Counted from the whole stretch's first letter, positions 1-13,316 are shown. The stretch: 63,739 bases of DNA, filler included, from Sluysia triapertura (GCA_046118255.1; 5 parts of 5 records of this genome joined end to end with filler, not necessarily neighbours in it); one strand, 5' to 3'. Notes: generated from the letters alone by a model not told the origin. Numbers and translations are program-made.

Positions 1-75
1 ACATTATGAGCGGGTATCCTTAAGTGACAGTCCATAAAACGGGTACTAATACCCGCCCCGCTCATAATGTGTTAA
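1..75. mobile_element. Short MITE with TTAA-flanked end (piggyBac-like), left end cut by the window edge
   Basis: Perfect 14-bp inverted repeat ACATTATGAGCGGG (1-14) / CCCGCTCATAATGT (57-70), followed by G-TTAA (71-75). Confidence 0.55.
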
Positions 76-129
76 ATTTCAAATTCCTAAAATTAAGAAA
101 TTGTTGGGATACGGGCCTACAGTTCCATA

Positions 130-690
130 GAAAAATGATAGTGTAATTAACTACAATAGAAGATCTGCTTGAAAAATTGCAAATGCAACTTAAGTGTCAG
201 GTTTCCTTCAATATCTTTATTGTGGTGTCCTTAGTTCCTGGGATCCTGATAATGACCGCCTTCTTAAATCTTTGGGTTTTCGCAAGGCAGAAATTAAGAT
301 TCTGGCTCGTCAATGTGCTCAGCTTTCCCTAGAGTCTTTTAATATTTATAAGGACCACATCCTCCAGTTTCCTGACTAACTAATTTATTTCCTGTTGTAT
401 GTTTGAAATATTTCTTACAAATTATTTTATTTCTATTTCTTCTTCTCTACTGTCTGTTCATGTTCTGGTTCTCCTTTCACTTTTCATTTTTCAACTCTCT
501 TTCTTATCCTTCCTCGCTAATCATTTCCTCATTTCAAATATTTTTCTCTCTTCACAAACAATTCAAGTGCAAGATATACTTTTAATTTCTGGCATTAACT
601 TTGAATTGTATAAATTAACATTGTCTTGATCCCATTTTTATTATCTTTGATTATTTATACTTTATTTATACTTTGTTAAATAAATACAAG
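130..690 (+). mobile_element. 3' end of an RLE-type non-LTR retrotransposon (NeSL/Utopia-like), frameshifted, with pyrimidine-rich 3' UTR
   Basis: Two frames join into NIFIVVSL/SSWDPDNDRLLKSLGFRKAEIKILARQCAQLSLESFNIYKDHI*, resembling the NeSL/Utopia C-terminal pattern IVGxLGSWDPxN...LG...IYxxHI. Stop at 379, then about 300 nt of C/T-rich sequence ending near AATAAA. Confidence 0.6.
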
Positions 691-710
691 TTTGAAATTC
701 AATTCCAATT

Positions 711-760
711 CATCGAGGGCCCACTCGATTCCCACTCAGTCCATTTTATGTAGTCTAGCA
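711..760 (+). repeat. Degenerate 3' half of the tRNA-like TIR element (copy A)
   Basis: catcgagggcccactcgattcccactcagtccattttatgtagtctagca aligns with the 3' half of the copies at 28411, 34798 and 42682. Confidence 0.65.
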
Positions 761-2016
761 AAATCATCACAAGTTCTATTGCCATAGTAATGCATTTCGA
801 ATATATTTCAGAATCAAATATAAAACACATTTATTTTATGTATGGAGACTGAACCACACCAATTATTCTGCAATTGAGAAGCAAATGCCATCAAATAATG
901 CTAATCATCATGGTAACTCCAAAATCATTGGCGACTAAGTATTCGTAACTCGAAATATCCATTAGTAAACTAGGTTGAAAAGCGAAAATAAACAAATTAG
1001 AAGCAGTCAATAACGTTTACCCCACTGACAGCAACAGCTCCAGTACTACATTATTACAAGTTTATATACAAATATATGAAATAAAACAAAATTCCATACA
1101 AAACAATGGCATATATAAATAAAATGTAAATAAAACCTCGGTCATTTCAAAGTCAAAGAAAATTCTAACAAAGAAAGAAGCAATATTATTTAATACGCCA
1201 TGTTCAGATTGAACAATACTAAGATATCTTACATTATTTCACTAGAACAAATTACACTTTATATACATTATACCAGGCGTGCGCAAATCATAACACCACT
1301 ACGAAAAAAACTTCATAAATCAAATAAGCACCTTTTTAATAACAAAATGTATTTTTCTGTTTCTTATAAATTAAATAAATTAAGAATTATGAACAACAGT
1401 TCTAATTCTTTGGCAAAAATAAAGAAAATTTATCATAATTAAATTTTAATTCTTTATATCAAAAATGTAACATTAATATTAATATTTTTTCAACATGTCG
1501 CTATTATTTCGCGATTGTGACAGCTAACGTTATTTTTAATTAACAGCTAAAAATAGCAGAATACCAAATAGCATAAAATTTGCAGTGTACATGTATAATT
1601 GCTTTGAAATTTTATTCTTGATGATTGTTCTACATCAAGAACGTAAATCACGAAATTAGATGATGGAATTACTTGAATTGGTAAAAAACAACAAAAAATA
1701 TTCAAAGAAAAAAACAAAACTTTGTTTGTTAAATCTAACAATTTTAAAATTTTAGCGCCCCCATTCTGGAGCTCACCCCCTAGTTTGAGCACTTTTGATT
1801 TAGAGGTATGTACAAGGTCTGTGCTCTTGGATATTTAGACAAAGAACAGTGGAGTAGAGAGTGTAAAGATAAGATTTATCGAGCTGAGTAGAATGTTGCG
1901 TGATATTGTACAATAGAACTACTCGAATCTATTATAGAATAGGGCAACACCATTAAGATCGCAATGGATGAATTATGAATATATTATATTGAATAGAGCA
2001 TTCTATTTGCATGTAC

Positions 2017-2055
<39 letters not shown>

Positions 2056-2078
2056 CATTATTATTATCATCATCATCA
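2017..2078. repeat. (TAT)n/(CAT)n microsatellite
   Basis: Read directly. Confidence 0.95.
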
Positions 2079-2596
2079 ATATATGGTTATAATATAGGTG
2101 ACTTTATATAATTTATATAAATTAACTTAAACGCTATCTATACACAGACTCCAACTTAAAAATTTTATTGGATATTGCAAGCGAATTAACGAATGTTTCG
2201 TGCAGTCATACTTAAGATGCAAGTTAATGAGTTATTTATTTATTACGATTTATTTGTGTAATTACTTCAATAGAATAAATAACATATAAAATTTTATATA
2301 AAGTACAATTAAAAGAAGTCTTAAACTCACGAATTTATCAGTTTTATTGTCTCTTATAACTAAAGTTTCGTTATAATTCATATTGAGGGCGGACTTATTA
2401 ATTTACTCCATCTGAATAAACGACAGTTGATAGACAAAAAAGGATAATTTCGTCGAGTTTTTGAATGTTGAAGATAGTTTTTAAAATGAAATCTTTAAAA
2501 TCGACACATTTAAAAATAATGAAATTGTATAGAAGAATTTAAAAAAAGTTTTACTTTTATGCGTATATTCATTTTAATATGTATAATAAAAACAAG

Positions 2597-2606
2597 TAAT
2601 AATAAT

Positions 2607-2658
<52 letters not shown>
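2597..2658. repeat. (TAA)n microsatellite
   Basis: Read directly; it produces the poly-Ile ORF 2510..2692. Confidence 0.95.
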
Positions 2659-2659
<1 letters not shown>

Positions 2660-4136
2660 CTCAGTTAAAAAGCCTTCAATTGGATAAAGCAATAATCACT
2701 GTAACAGCACATTAATCATTACATCACATAATACATGCGCAAAATCACTACTGGCAGTGATTAATGCTTGCCAAAAAGATATTAAGTTAGAATTAGCAGC
2801 CAATAAAAATTAAACTAAAAATAGATAGCCAATGGAGTGCCAAATAAAATTAGTACATGAAACCAAAAAATAAAATGCAGTGTTTTATACAAAAAATGGT
2901 GACTAAGGTCTTATTGAATGACAAACGGTTGAAAATGTTTATTCGACTTCTTAACGAATGAACTTGCAGTATTCTTCCTTAATTTCACATATTTTTGATT
3001 CTTCTAATATGGGTTTATTTATTTTTTCAATATTAGTTAATTTAAAAGTTTGACACATTAATTAATCGTGTATTGACAAATTGATTTACTATTTCAATGT
3101 TAGTTAATATATTAAATGCTTTAAAAACACATTACCGCAATTTGTGTCAACCTGAAGGCAAATGATGGCTGTGGCAGACAAAAATATTTCCATTAATAAC
3201 AACGGACTATAATGAACACACATTGTTTACTGTGTGTATTAACAACAGGAAAGTATAACAGCTAATACATCTTTCGTACGAATATTAATTTCTTGAACAA
3301 GTTAAGCAAATTATGGTTATATCCGTTAGATTTCTGAAAATGTGTGATAATTTTAGTTTCTAGACATGCAAATTATGTTTATTTGCTTAAGGCACATCGA
3401 ATAATTTTAAAGTGTATTTTTGGGCAAGGTGAGGAAAAAAGTGTGTTCATATAAATCAAAAATAAAATATTATTAATTATTAATAAAAATATTAATTACA
3501 CAATTCGAGTAAATACCTTCTTTGGTAAATCGATATACATTTTCTCCAAACATAATGAAGTAAAGTTTTACGAAGATGACGAGGCAGCAGTAATAAATTT
3601 ATTATCTCTACCATTATTTCATGCTATCTTATATTTAATTGTTCAAAATAGTGACCAATGTTCACTGCAACAAAGTCCTAACTATGTGCAAATATTAAAC
3701 GCGCGAGCGAACATTTTTAAAATTTATAATATTTGTTCATTGTAATTTGATATTGTTAATCCTAAATTCCTAATTATAAAAAACAAATCAAATTAATTTA
3801 ATTTATTTGAAAATATTTATGATAATACTGATTTGAAAAAATGTTAATATTACATTGCAAAACGTTGTAAATTAATTTTTATTTTGAAAATAAGCAATAT
3901 CTTGCGCCTTGAAAATGACTTAATTTTTTAAACCCACTTGTGCACAAAATAAATATCACTCTTTACATCACACACGGTTGTTACAGGATATTCCAATTGA
4001 AATGACCATAGAGAAATAAACCATGTAAATCAATATCTTCTTCGACGATAAGGGATAAATGTGTAGGAGTTTTTGGGATGTTATAAAACCGAATTAAACA
4101 AATAATCGGATATAAGAATTAAAACATAACCTTAAC

Positions 4137-5180
4137 TGTGGTGGCCAACCCAATATCCTAAAATTGTATTTTAATAATATATAACAAAATCACTCTTCAG
4201 AACATTCCACAATCTTTAATACTTTCAAACACTCTAAACATAAAATTTCATAGCACCAAATCAGGCGTATACTTTGCAAATTTAATTCAACACATTGCAC
4301 ATATAATTACATTCCACAACACTTAACTATGTTTCCATCAAAACCTTTTCCATATTTTGTTTCCTTTACATCTACTAAAACTTCATCCCAACCTTTTCAA
4401 ATAATTTCTATTTCATAACTGTACAATATTAAAAGTACATTCACTGTCAGATTCATAAGGTACATTTAAAAAATTCATTAAAACATTTACTCATAGTTCC
4501 ATAACAGTAGAATCATAATTACACTAATTAACATTGTATCAAAACCGTTGCTATATTTCAGACCCATTAAAATCATTTCTCATATCTCAAAACATTTTAA
4601 ATTCACAATTTGTTAACGACTAAATCATAATTACATTCAAAATTATCAATCTACATTTTAAAACTCAACTAAAAGCATTATCTAGTAATATTAAAACCAC
4701 AATTTGCATCTTATGTTAGCAAACATTTACACTTATAGCAAAAGATTAATATGTAAAGAAAAGAAGTTATTTCAAAAGAAAGATCGTGTTTAGAGGATAT
4801 TAGAGAGGATTTATGTTTTTAATTTTTGCTTAATTTTAATTATTTTTATTATTACCAATTCATTTTTATTTAAATTATTGTAATTATTATTATTACTAAT
4901 AAAATTAATTTTTATCATCAATTAGTAGCTACCACTATCAGTAATAATAGTATTAATTTGTACATACCATTCACTGTCATTGCTGATAGTCCTTTAATCA
5001 AATATTTTTACCAGTGTGCCTTATGGTTTCATTGGTTGCCCAACCAATATCACCATTTGCATCATTGTTACATGTTCTGGTTGGACAACCAATGGCCATT
5101 TTTGTACACATTTTATTGAGATATTCAATTATATCAGTTGCTTTGTATTATTGATTGGTTAACCAATAATAGTCTATGTC
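4137..5180 (+). repeat. TGTGGTG-headed C/A-skewed interspersed repeat (LTR-like start), related to 40199-40960
   Basis: Starts TGTGGTGGCCAACC versus TGTGGTGGTCAACC at 40199. Both have 500-600 nt of G-poor sequence, an AT tract, then gta(g/a)ctaccac(t/c)atca ... ctg(t/a)cattgctgat and CCAAT motifs. Right end approximate. Confidence 0.5.
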
Positions 5181-5316
5181 ACAGATTCACACACATTTTT
5201 TCACTTCATTAGTTATTTTTTAATTGACATTGGCATTAATTTTACGAATAAGGATTCAAACAAAGTTATATTAATTATTGTTATTTTTATTGATAGTGAT
5301 ATTAATAAGACAAAAG

Positions 5317-6330
5317 ATGTTTCAACAAATTAATAAACCCAAAATTCAGAAACTTAGTATACCAAAAAAATCTTACCTTTATAATTGTACTATGAAGAAA
5401 GATTTGGAAGATGAATTTAACGGAGTTGTGAATGAAATATTTATTAAAGGTAATTGTCATCCTACTTTGTTAAAAGATGTAAAGAAGTTCATGCAAATGA
5501 AATTTGATATCAATGATGTGCAATTTAAAACGTGTCTATTCAAAATTATATAATGCAATTCTATGAGTGCTCATTTGACTTATATTGAATATGATCTTGA
5601 CTGTTATTTTATATCATCATTGAACACAATACATAGTCAACGTTCTGAACACGAAGTAAAAATATTATCTATTGATAAATTGATATTTTGTCATGTTAAT
5701 ACTTGTGGATTAGCATATAAATTAGATATACAATTAGATATAGTACAGGAAATTTGATGACAGTTTATTTTACAACTAACTTTAAACAATTTAGTTCACT
5801 CCAAGTTCGTACCTTGAAGTGCAGAATGACTAAAGAAAATAAGATCATCGATATTTCTATCAACATAATTGTAAATATAGCTGATATCAATTTATTAGTT
5901 TTTGCTAACGAAGCGGAATCATTTCAGATTTCATTTTCAAATGATAATTCGAAAGTTGACCGATTCAAATTGTTATTGAACAATAATAACAAGCTTCTAC
6001 AAGTTGCTCTTTGTCCATACATGTCTACTCCGATCAGTATATGTTACAAACATGAAAAGAACAGTGTTTACGGCCACACTATTTTGGAATTACGTGATCT
6101 TCCTTTTGATTTAGTGTATTTCGAAAATCATTATTCTAAGATACAATTTAAGGAATCCAAATTCACTTGCAGAGTTTAGTTAACAACGCCGAAGACATTG
6201 AAATGGTAATACTTGTATATTTTTATATAAAGTTAAACATTCTAAATCATGTTTATTTTTCTTATTTTTGTAGAATTAGTTGTGAAGAACCTACGCGGCA
6301 TAGTCGGAAGATAACGAAAGACTTTTTTTT
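5317..6330 (+). pseudogene. Disrupted ORF of about 300 codons, product unknown
   Basis: ORFs 5278-5553 and 5563-5757 share a frame split by one TAA; 5754-6179 and 6167 onward continue through two frameshifts; GT..AG intron-like stretch at about 6206-6273. No motif recognised. Confidence 0.5.
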
Positions 6331-8599
6331 GTTACAATTAGATTTAATAAAAATAAATAATTTTAGATTTTACTTTTGTTTAATTTTAAATTTTAAAAGA
6401 GATGAATTGAATTTTCTTGTAAATTTCGTAAAAGAATATAAATTTAGTAATATTTTTTGAGTAATTCGGACAATTTTCTTAAAAATTAAATTAATTAAAT
6501 CAATAAAAGAATCCAAAATACAAATCGTAATATTTAACTATGTAATCAAACATCAAACACTGCATTAACAATGAGTCTCGATAGCCTTTGAGCTTGTTAT
6601 CGGACTAATAGTGTCGATGGCGGTAACGATAATATTATTGGCAATCGTGAGTTATGATTTATCAGAGTTATTAAGTGAAAGAGATAGTTTAACATTTTTA
6701 TAAATTTGAAAGTTAATGTTTGGTAATGCAGATATGGGAATTGTTATGATATTGTGTAATGGAATATGTGGAGTGTTCAAGATGAGGTTTCGTGTATACA
6801 TGGACAATGTTTATGAAAGAAAGAGTCGAACCACTACATGTCTCTTTTTATAAGACGTATATGATGATGGTGATGATAATTCTTTAGATTATTTCACGCA
6901 ATTAAAAAGGCATAATTTTTTATTTTTAAAATAAGCCATTTTCGGCGGTAAAATTTTTATTTGTCACTATTTTTATTTTATTTTTAGGTAGAACAATTTT
7001 CGATAACCAATCACATATTATTTTCCTATGCTAACGTGCTTGTGATTGTATAATTATAATTATTACACTAAATAAAAATGTAGCATAAATATATGAAGTA
7101 CACAACATAAAAACACATACAAAATAAACATTGGATCTGTACTTTTCATCTTACACAGTGTTACATAAAATGAATCAAAATATGAGAAACCTAAAGCAAT
7201 TTATTTTAATACTTTGATTACTGAATAATTCTTTCTCTTATAAAATTCTTGTTTTTATAAAATTCTATATATACATATTCTAGATTGATGCCAAAGAATG
7301 ATAACCCAAGATAATGCTTTAGATCTTTAGAAGTGATTTTTCCATAGTTTGGTTCTTCAGTCTGTTCTTGATTAATGGAATACATTTAATTGTTGTAAAT
7401 TAGAGAAACAGGTGAAAAAAATTTCAGTCGGATGTGTAAGATATCTGAGGATCAACTGATGATTTAAAAGACGGAATTATGAAGTGTGTTTACTTAGTTG
7501 ATTCTGTCGGGTTATTCGAAATATTATCAATATGTAACATTGTTAATGTACCTTCTGAAGTTAAAATAGTTTGAAATGGATTTGTATTAAATTGTAAAAT
7601 GTATAAAGTGAATTAATTTGTGTTTAATTATGGGCATTTTTTATGAGTATTGTTGTTTAATTTGAGATATGTTTTGGTACATACATGAATGAACTCACTA
7701 CACTAATTATGAATCCTACGATTCGAAAAATCGAATACTACACTCAAACAAATAAATTGTACGACCAAAAGAATAATAATACTTCGGAATCTGAGTGGTA
7801 TGCGCATTAAACAAGAACGGACCATCATCTAATAAGACTCACCACAAATGTTTCTGCACTCTGCCTTGTAACAATACGTGCATTATTTATATGCTCTACA
7901 GAATGAAGCAGAGAAATTTTGTTTGCTTAAACAATTTAAGAACTAATTTTAAAAAATTAAAATATTAAATTGATAACTTGATTATCGTCAATGACCATTC
8001 TGATTGTTTATAGATTTAATTAATAAATTAATAGTCAACTCATTTCCTAAAGTGTTATTCATAAAAAGTAACAAACCAATCAAGAAACTGTATAAATAAT
8101 TAATTAATAAATCTGAAATTAATATATTAAATATATGCTAATAATTATCTACTTAATATTGAAAATAACTATTATATAAAAATTTCCACATTGATCAATA
8201 TTATTTCGTTTCTTTTTAATAATATTTAAAATTATGAAGTAAGTACATTGCAAAATATACTTCATTGAATGGGCTGTTTTCATTTTATTTATACAGGTAA
8301 CCTATTATGTTTAAAAGTTTATAAGCGCCGAACCCATTAAAGTAAAATACAGTGATGAGATATATAAGTCCTCAATTCTATTTGTAAACCCCACAGCAAA
8401 TATCTCAAAGGCTATTTAATAATTTTTTAAATATTAATTGTACAAATGAAGTTCAAAAACTGTGTCTGCTATCAAATTAATTTTTCAAGTATTTTAAAAT
8501 TGTTACAGAGAACCAAGGCAACTATGATAAGTGACTAAAATAAATGAATAATATGGATTATCTGTATCAATTTTGTTAAGTTGTAAATTGTTCTACAAA

Positions 8600-8900
8600 G
8601 CGAAACAAAGTAAACTCGAGCGCACATGCAAGTTTTCTGTTTAACAGCAAGCTTGCTCATCTTGTTTTGAGAGCCCTATCAAAGGACGTGGCTTTAGAAA
8701 ACGCTAGGCTGCGCTAGAAAACATTGTCAGTGGTAAGAGTAACACATTAAATCTCGTTGAGCACCGTGAATTTTAGAATAAAGCAGTTATGTCACATTAT
8801 AAACACTCCTTTGCAGAGTTGATGAAACATGTAAACTGATGTTAAATGTATAAGGTCGAGATTTTGAAAGTGCTAGTCAAGATTTTGGTCAGATTCTACA
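8600..8900 (+). mobile_element. Highly decayed hAT (Buster/GTF2IRD2-like) transposase trace
   Basis: Short peptides SAHASFL and ISLSTVNFRIKQL resemble the ASY/F and ISLSxxTVxRRI motifs. Confidence 0.3.
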
Positions 8901-11627
8901 ATATGTTTTCATTATACTAAACACAAATATATGTAGCCAGAGATATCTAAAGTTGGTATTTCGTAATTTCATAATTGATCTGAAAGAACTATGTAAAGTT
9001 AGAGATTTGTTTTGCATCTAGATTAAATGATTTGAATTTTTATCGTTTTAAATTAAACGTTAATGAAATTTAGTTTTTTATAATTTGTAATATTCGATTA
9101 TTTGTTTACTTATTAGTTAAATATTCAAAAGGAAAGTTAGTTATTAACTTTGTAAACTTACTAAATTACAAATTAAGCGACATTTCAAAGTTTAATCGTT
9201 TTTATAAATTTGTTCCATCTCTAATAATATTGTTTAAAGATAATTTAATTAACTCAATCTCATACGTTGCTTCACAATGCGCTTATGAATTGAGTTACCA
9301 AACCATGACTTTAAACAAAACACTTATACACTTATCAGGACACATGAAATCCATGCATATTTTACTTAAGCACCTTAAGTGACATCAATCAATCCTAATA
9401 GTTATAAGTAAACCTAATATTTCTTTAGCTATTATAATAATTAATGATAAGATAAAAAAATTTTCATTTGTTAAGTGCTCTCAGTCGATACCGAAATTAA
9501 AACTTAGTTTAAATTGGGCATCGGCAATTAAATCAAAAGATGATCAGTTGATGATTTTAACTTATCCTGAGATGTATAGTATTTTAGAAAATTGTGTGCA
9601 AAGTGGAATAGCATTTGTCATGGCGTTTATCACATAATGACTACGAATAGATTTACGATATAAATAAATTAATTGTAAATTTATCAGATAAATATACCTT
9701 ACACAGTAAAACAGATTATACATTTGAAGCTACCTTGAAGCTACTTACCTTTAACCCCTGAGTCGAAATGTTAACCAAATTCATAAGTTAAAAGATTATT
9801 AACTCATACATATGAAATTAGATACACATTTGTTATCAAAATACATAGAGCAGTAAAAAATTCATTGATTACAATTCAAAAAAACATGGCCAAAATACAA
9901 GAATCGAGAAGAATACGTATTAATATAAGATTTTGCGTTCAGCAAATAAATTTTGTACTCCCGCGTACAGCCAATTTTAAAAATTTAATTAAAATTGTTG
10001 GCTATTTAATTGCACTTTTTATGGTGCCAAGTTAGGATTAACTTGGATTAACTGTTTTTAATTTTAGTAAACTTCGTATGTATCCTTTATAATATGAAGT
10101 GCAAAAATATTATAAATCAATTTAATTGTAAGATGATTGTAGTTATGGTTGAGTCCCAAATATCCAAAAAACACTCAAAGCAATCAACCAATCAGATCTC
10201 TCGAAACTTATGCCGCAATAAACCACAGACATACCCTGAAGGATATATTGCTTCAAAGATTCAAGAGATTTTCTATAGGTTTGGATTATTCATCATCAAT
10301 GAAGGTATTCCTGATGTTTTGGTATCTTGTATAGTTTGTTTATATTTTTTGAAAATTGATCGCAAAGTGTTGTAATTGTAAGACAACAATCATTGTTTCA
10401 TTATATTCAAATTTATTCCTTATAATTATTATATAAATTAGTTTACCAAATATAATGATAATATATAAACAACAAACACTGAAAATTCCTTAACACAATA
10501 ATACAACGACACATTAAACAACTTATTGATAAGAAATTGGTGCCGAAAGTAGTAAGAATTAAATAGGTTTCATAATTTTACTAAGAAACAAATTTTGTGT
10601 TAATTTGTATTAATTTCAAACATAATTATTTTATTTGCAGCCAGTCTATAATATATCTACTTAAGTTTTATATTTTGATGAGGTTACTTAAAAATAATAT
10701 AAGGGCATTTATCCACACCTGGAAGAAATACAACCTAGAGTTTCTTCCACGACGAAAATTCCAATTTATAACATTTACATATTCGAATATTTTGATTATA
10801 CTAAAAATTACAATTAAGATTGAAACAAAGTGCTGAATCCAAGGTTAATTTATATAATATCTTTTTAAGATAAAATTAATTTAAATTTAATTAACGATAA
10901 ACTTAATTGATTATTGATTTAACCTACTGAGTTCTCTAAGACCATACATGGTCAGACCGATAGAACTTTTGAAGAACTGAGCAGAATTGTTCGATGCAGT
11001 TTTTTTTAAAAATCAAACATCAAAAAATCTATAATTTTAAATGAAATTTAACTCTAACCTCTTCCGAAATTCAATGAAGACACCAGTTATGTGTATCGAT
11101 TGTAATGTTGCTTCACGTTTCCGTATTTTCCATACTTGTACTAATTATAACTAGTCTTTTTTATCAAAAAATTTTCGAAAATTTCGCTTTTCCAGATTTT
11201 TACTTATTTATTTATTTCTGTCGCTTTATTTCCAAAAAGTTTCTTCACCTTATTTGATTCAAAATTCTAAAACTTCAATTATTCATTATTGCATCGAATC
11301 TTCATAACGAACCATAATAAAAACTTTTTCATATATATTCTTGTTCCCTGTATCATTACCTTCAATTTCATATATAATTTTTATAAATTAAAACTTGGCC
11401 CTGGAATGTTAAACTTAGAGTTTAATATGAATATTTCAATTATTAATTTTTTGACTTAAATAAAATTTTGTGTGAAATTAATTTGATATAGTTTTGAGAC
11501 AAAAAGGAGGGTTTTAATTCAAAGTACAAATTTAAATAAGCAAAGTTTTATATTTCACTTCTATATCGTACATCAGAGACGAGTAAAACTGTGACTTTCA
11601 GATACGTTTAAGAAATTAAATTAAAAT

Positions 11628-11940
11628 TATTGAGTTGATGCATAAGTTCGTGCGGTTTTTTTGCAATTATGAAAAATGCAAACTATTCAAGAATAAAAAC
11701 CACAAAATGAATTATTAAATCATTAGAAAAAACAAATACCTCAGTCTCAATAGATGAGAAATTCTCTGCCACAATCGATCACTTCCTTCCACCGTTCTGG
11801 AAGTTTGTTAATCCCATGTTTGAAGAAATTTAGTGATTTTTGGTCGAAAAATTCTTCAATCCACGTATTTATTGCTTCTTCGTTTTCAAATGTGAGACCA
11901 GAAAGATGGTTCGACATGGAGCGGAAAAGTAGGGCGAGCT
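11628..11940 (-). mobile_element. Mariner (Mos1/Hsmar-like) 3' end: TIR plus transposase C-terminus
   Basis: TA + TTGAGTTGATGCATAAGTTCGTGCGGTTTT (mariner-type TIR). Minus strand reads LFRSMSNHLSGLTFENEEAINTWIEEFFDQKSLNFFKHGINKLPERWKEVIDCGREFLIY*, matching the mariner GIxKLPERW C-terminus. Confidence 0.9.
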
Positions 11941-11943
11941 CTT

Positions 11944-12280
11944 TGTAGTGTCACACTTTAACACAACATACATACCATCCATCATCACCATCAACTACAC
12001 CAACTACATCACAAACATTAATCACACTACAACATATAACATAACCCGTACATCACATTCACTATCACCATCGACCACATAAAACACATCGCGAACAAAC
12101 TGCACCAAAATAAAACAAGCTTAAACATCCGCAGTATCACACCTCATCTCACATGGGTTACAAAAATATAATAAAATCTTTTCATTAAAATCATTTTAGT
12201 AATATTTTGCAAATACGACGCCTGTAGTCGCTCTATCAACACTATTGCACTACCTTTTATCGTACTTTTTATTGAATTTT
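11944..12280 (+). repeat. TGTAGTG-headed C/A-skewed repeat truncating the mariner fragment
   Basis: Abrupt switch from transposase sequence to a nearly G-free C/A tract starting TGTAGTGTCACAC. Right end approximate. Confidence 0.45.
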
Positions 12281-12304
12281 TATAATGAATACGATGACAA
12301 TCAC

Positions 12305-12520
12305 CGTGATGACCATGAATGTGAATATGGTTACTACAGACCAATTAATGCACCTAAATGTGTAAGAAATAATTTAATTAAAGAAAACCTGTGTCAAGAT
12401 GGAATAATCGAGAAAATTACTACGGAAGGTCGTAAAAAAAGATTCCAGGTGACGTGTGCAAGGTGGTTTTATGCCAAGAAAGACTGAGCAAAACTATTAA
12501 AATAAACTTTCAAAGAAGTG
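12305..12520 (+). pseudogene. SORT1: Sortilin/VPS10-family 10CC domain fragment, frameshifted
   Basis: DDHECEYGYYRPINAPKCV...LCQDGIIEKITTEG-RK, then in shifted frames KIPGDVC and GGFMP, parallels sortilin EDFLCDFGYYRPENDSKCV...HLTTNGYRKIPGDKCQGG. Confidence 0.75.
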
Positions 12521-12899
12521 AATGATGCATAGAAAGAGAAAATAATCACAAGTACTGTAAAATATTATTGCTATTATTATTTTAGTATTTTATTATTATT
12601 TTATTAATTTTATCATTTATTTTTATTCTTTATTATTATTTTTATTTTTATTACTTTTTTATTATCATTTTTATTAATTTTATTTTTTATTAATTTTATT
12701 ATTTTATTACTATTTTATTATTTCTACTATTTTTATTATTTTTATTATTTTTATTATTATCTTTTTTTTATTAATTGTTTTATTAATGTTATTATTGTTT
12801 GTTCCAAAAAATATTATGCTCGGCAAAAATTTGAAAATTTTTAAAATTATTTGAACTCAAATTCTTGAGAAGTCAGTCTCTGCTACAGATCAGCAACAG

Positions 12900-13316
12900 A
12901 TGCCTACTGTCAACACTTATTTAGGAGAAGCCTTACAGAATCAACCTGATGTTAATGTTGTTCAACCAAGCGTCATACTCAGTGATGAAAATGCTCTGCG
13001 CTCATCTTCAGACAGCAATTTGAGTCGTATCAAATACGTTTTACCTTTATTTGTAGATTCTAAGTTAGAAGGTATTAAAGATGTTAAAGATGTTTTGTGT
13101 TATGTAGAATTTAAAGATGTTTTGTGTTACGTAGAATTTAAAGATGTTAGAGATATTTCATTTTATGCTAAAATAAAAGATATCAAAGATGTTCTGCGTT
13201 ATGTAGAACTTAAAGATATCACAGACATTTTATCTTATTTTAGACTAAAAGACATTAAAGATCTAATATGTTATGTTGAATTTAAAGATGTTAGAGATAT
13301 TTCATTTTATGCTAAA
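12900..13316 (+). CDS. ORF with 12-aa (36-nt) tandem repeats, cut by the contig end; function unknown
   Basis: Stop-free 139 codons; from about 13075 units like KD(V/I)xD(V/I)xxY(V/A)(E/K)(F/I/L) recur about seven times. Confidence 0.45.

Noticed and set aside
399-629. Hydrophobic ORFs 399..629 and 403..585
   Set aside because: By-product of the pyrimidine-rich 3' UTR of the retrotransposon.
674-697. Resemblance of tacaagtttgaa to the nematode SL1 leader (NeSL target)
   Set aside because: Short AT-rich match with no splice donor or Sm site after it.
2510-2692. Poly-Ile ORF
   Set aside because: Translation of a (TAA)n microsatellite.
10094-10375. ORF weakly like a Penelope reverse transcriptase tail (YPEGYIASKIQEIFYRFG)
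   Set aside because: One weak motif, no GIY-YIG or RT core.
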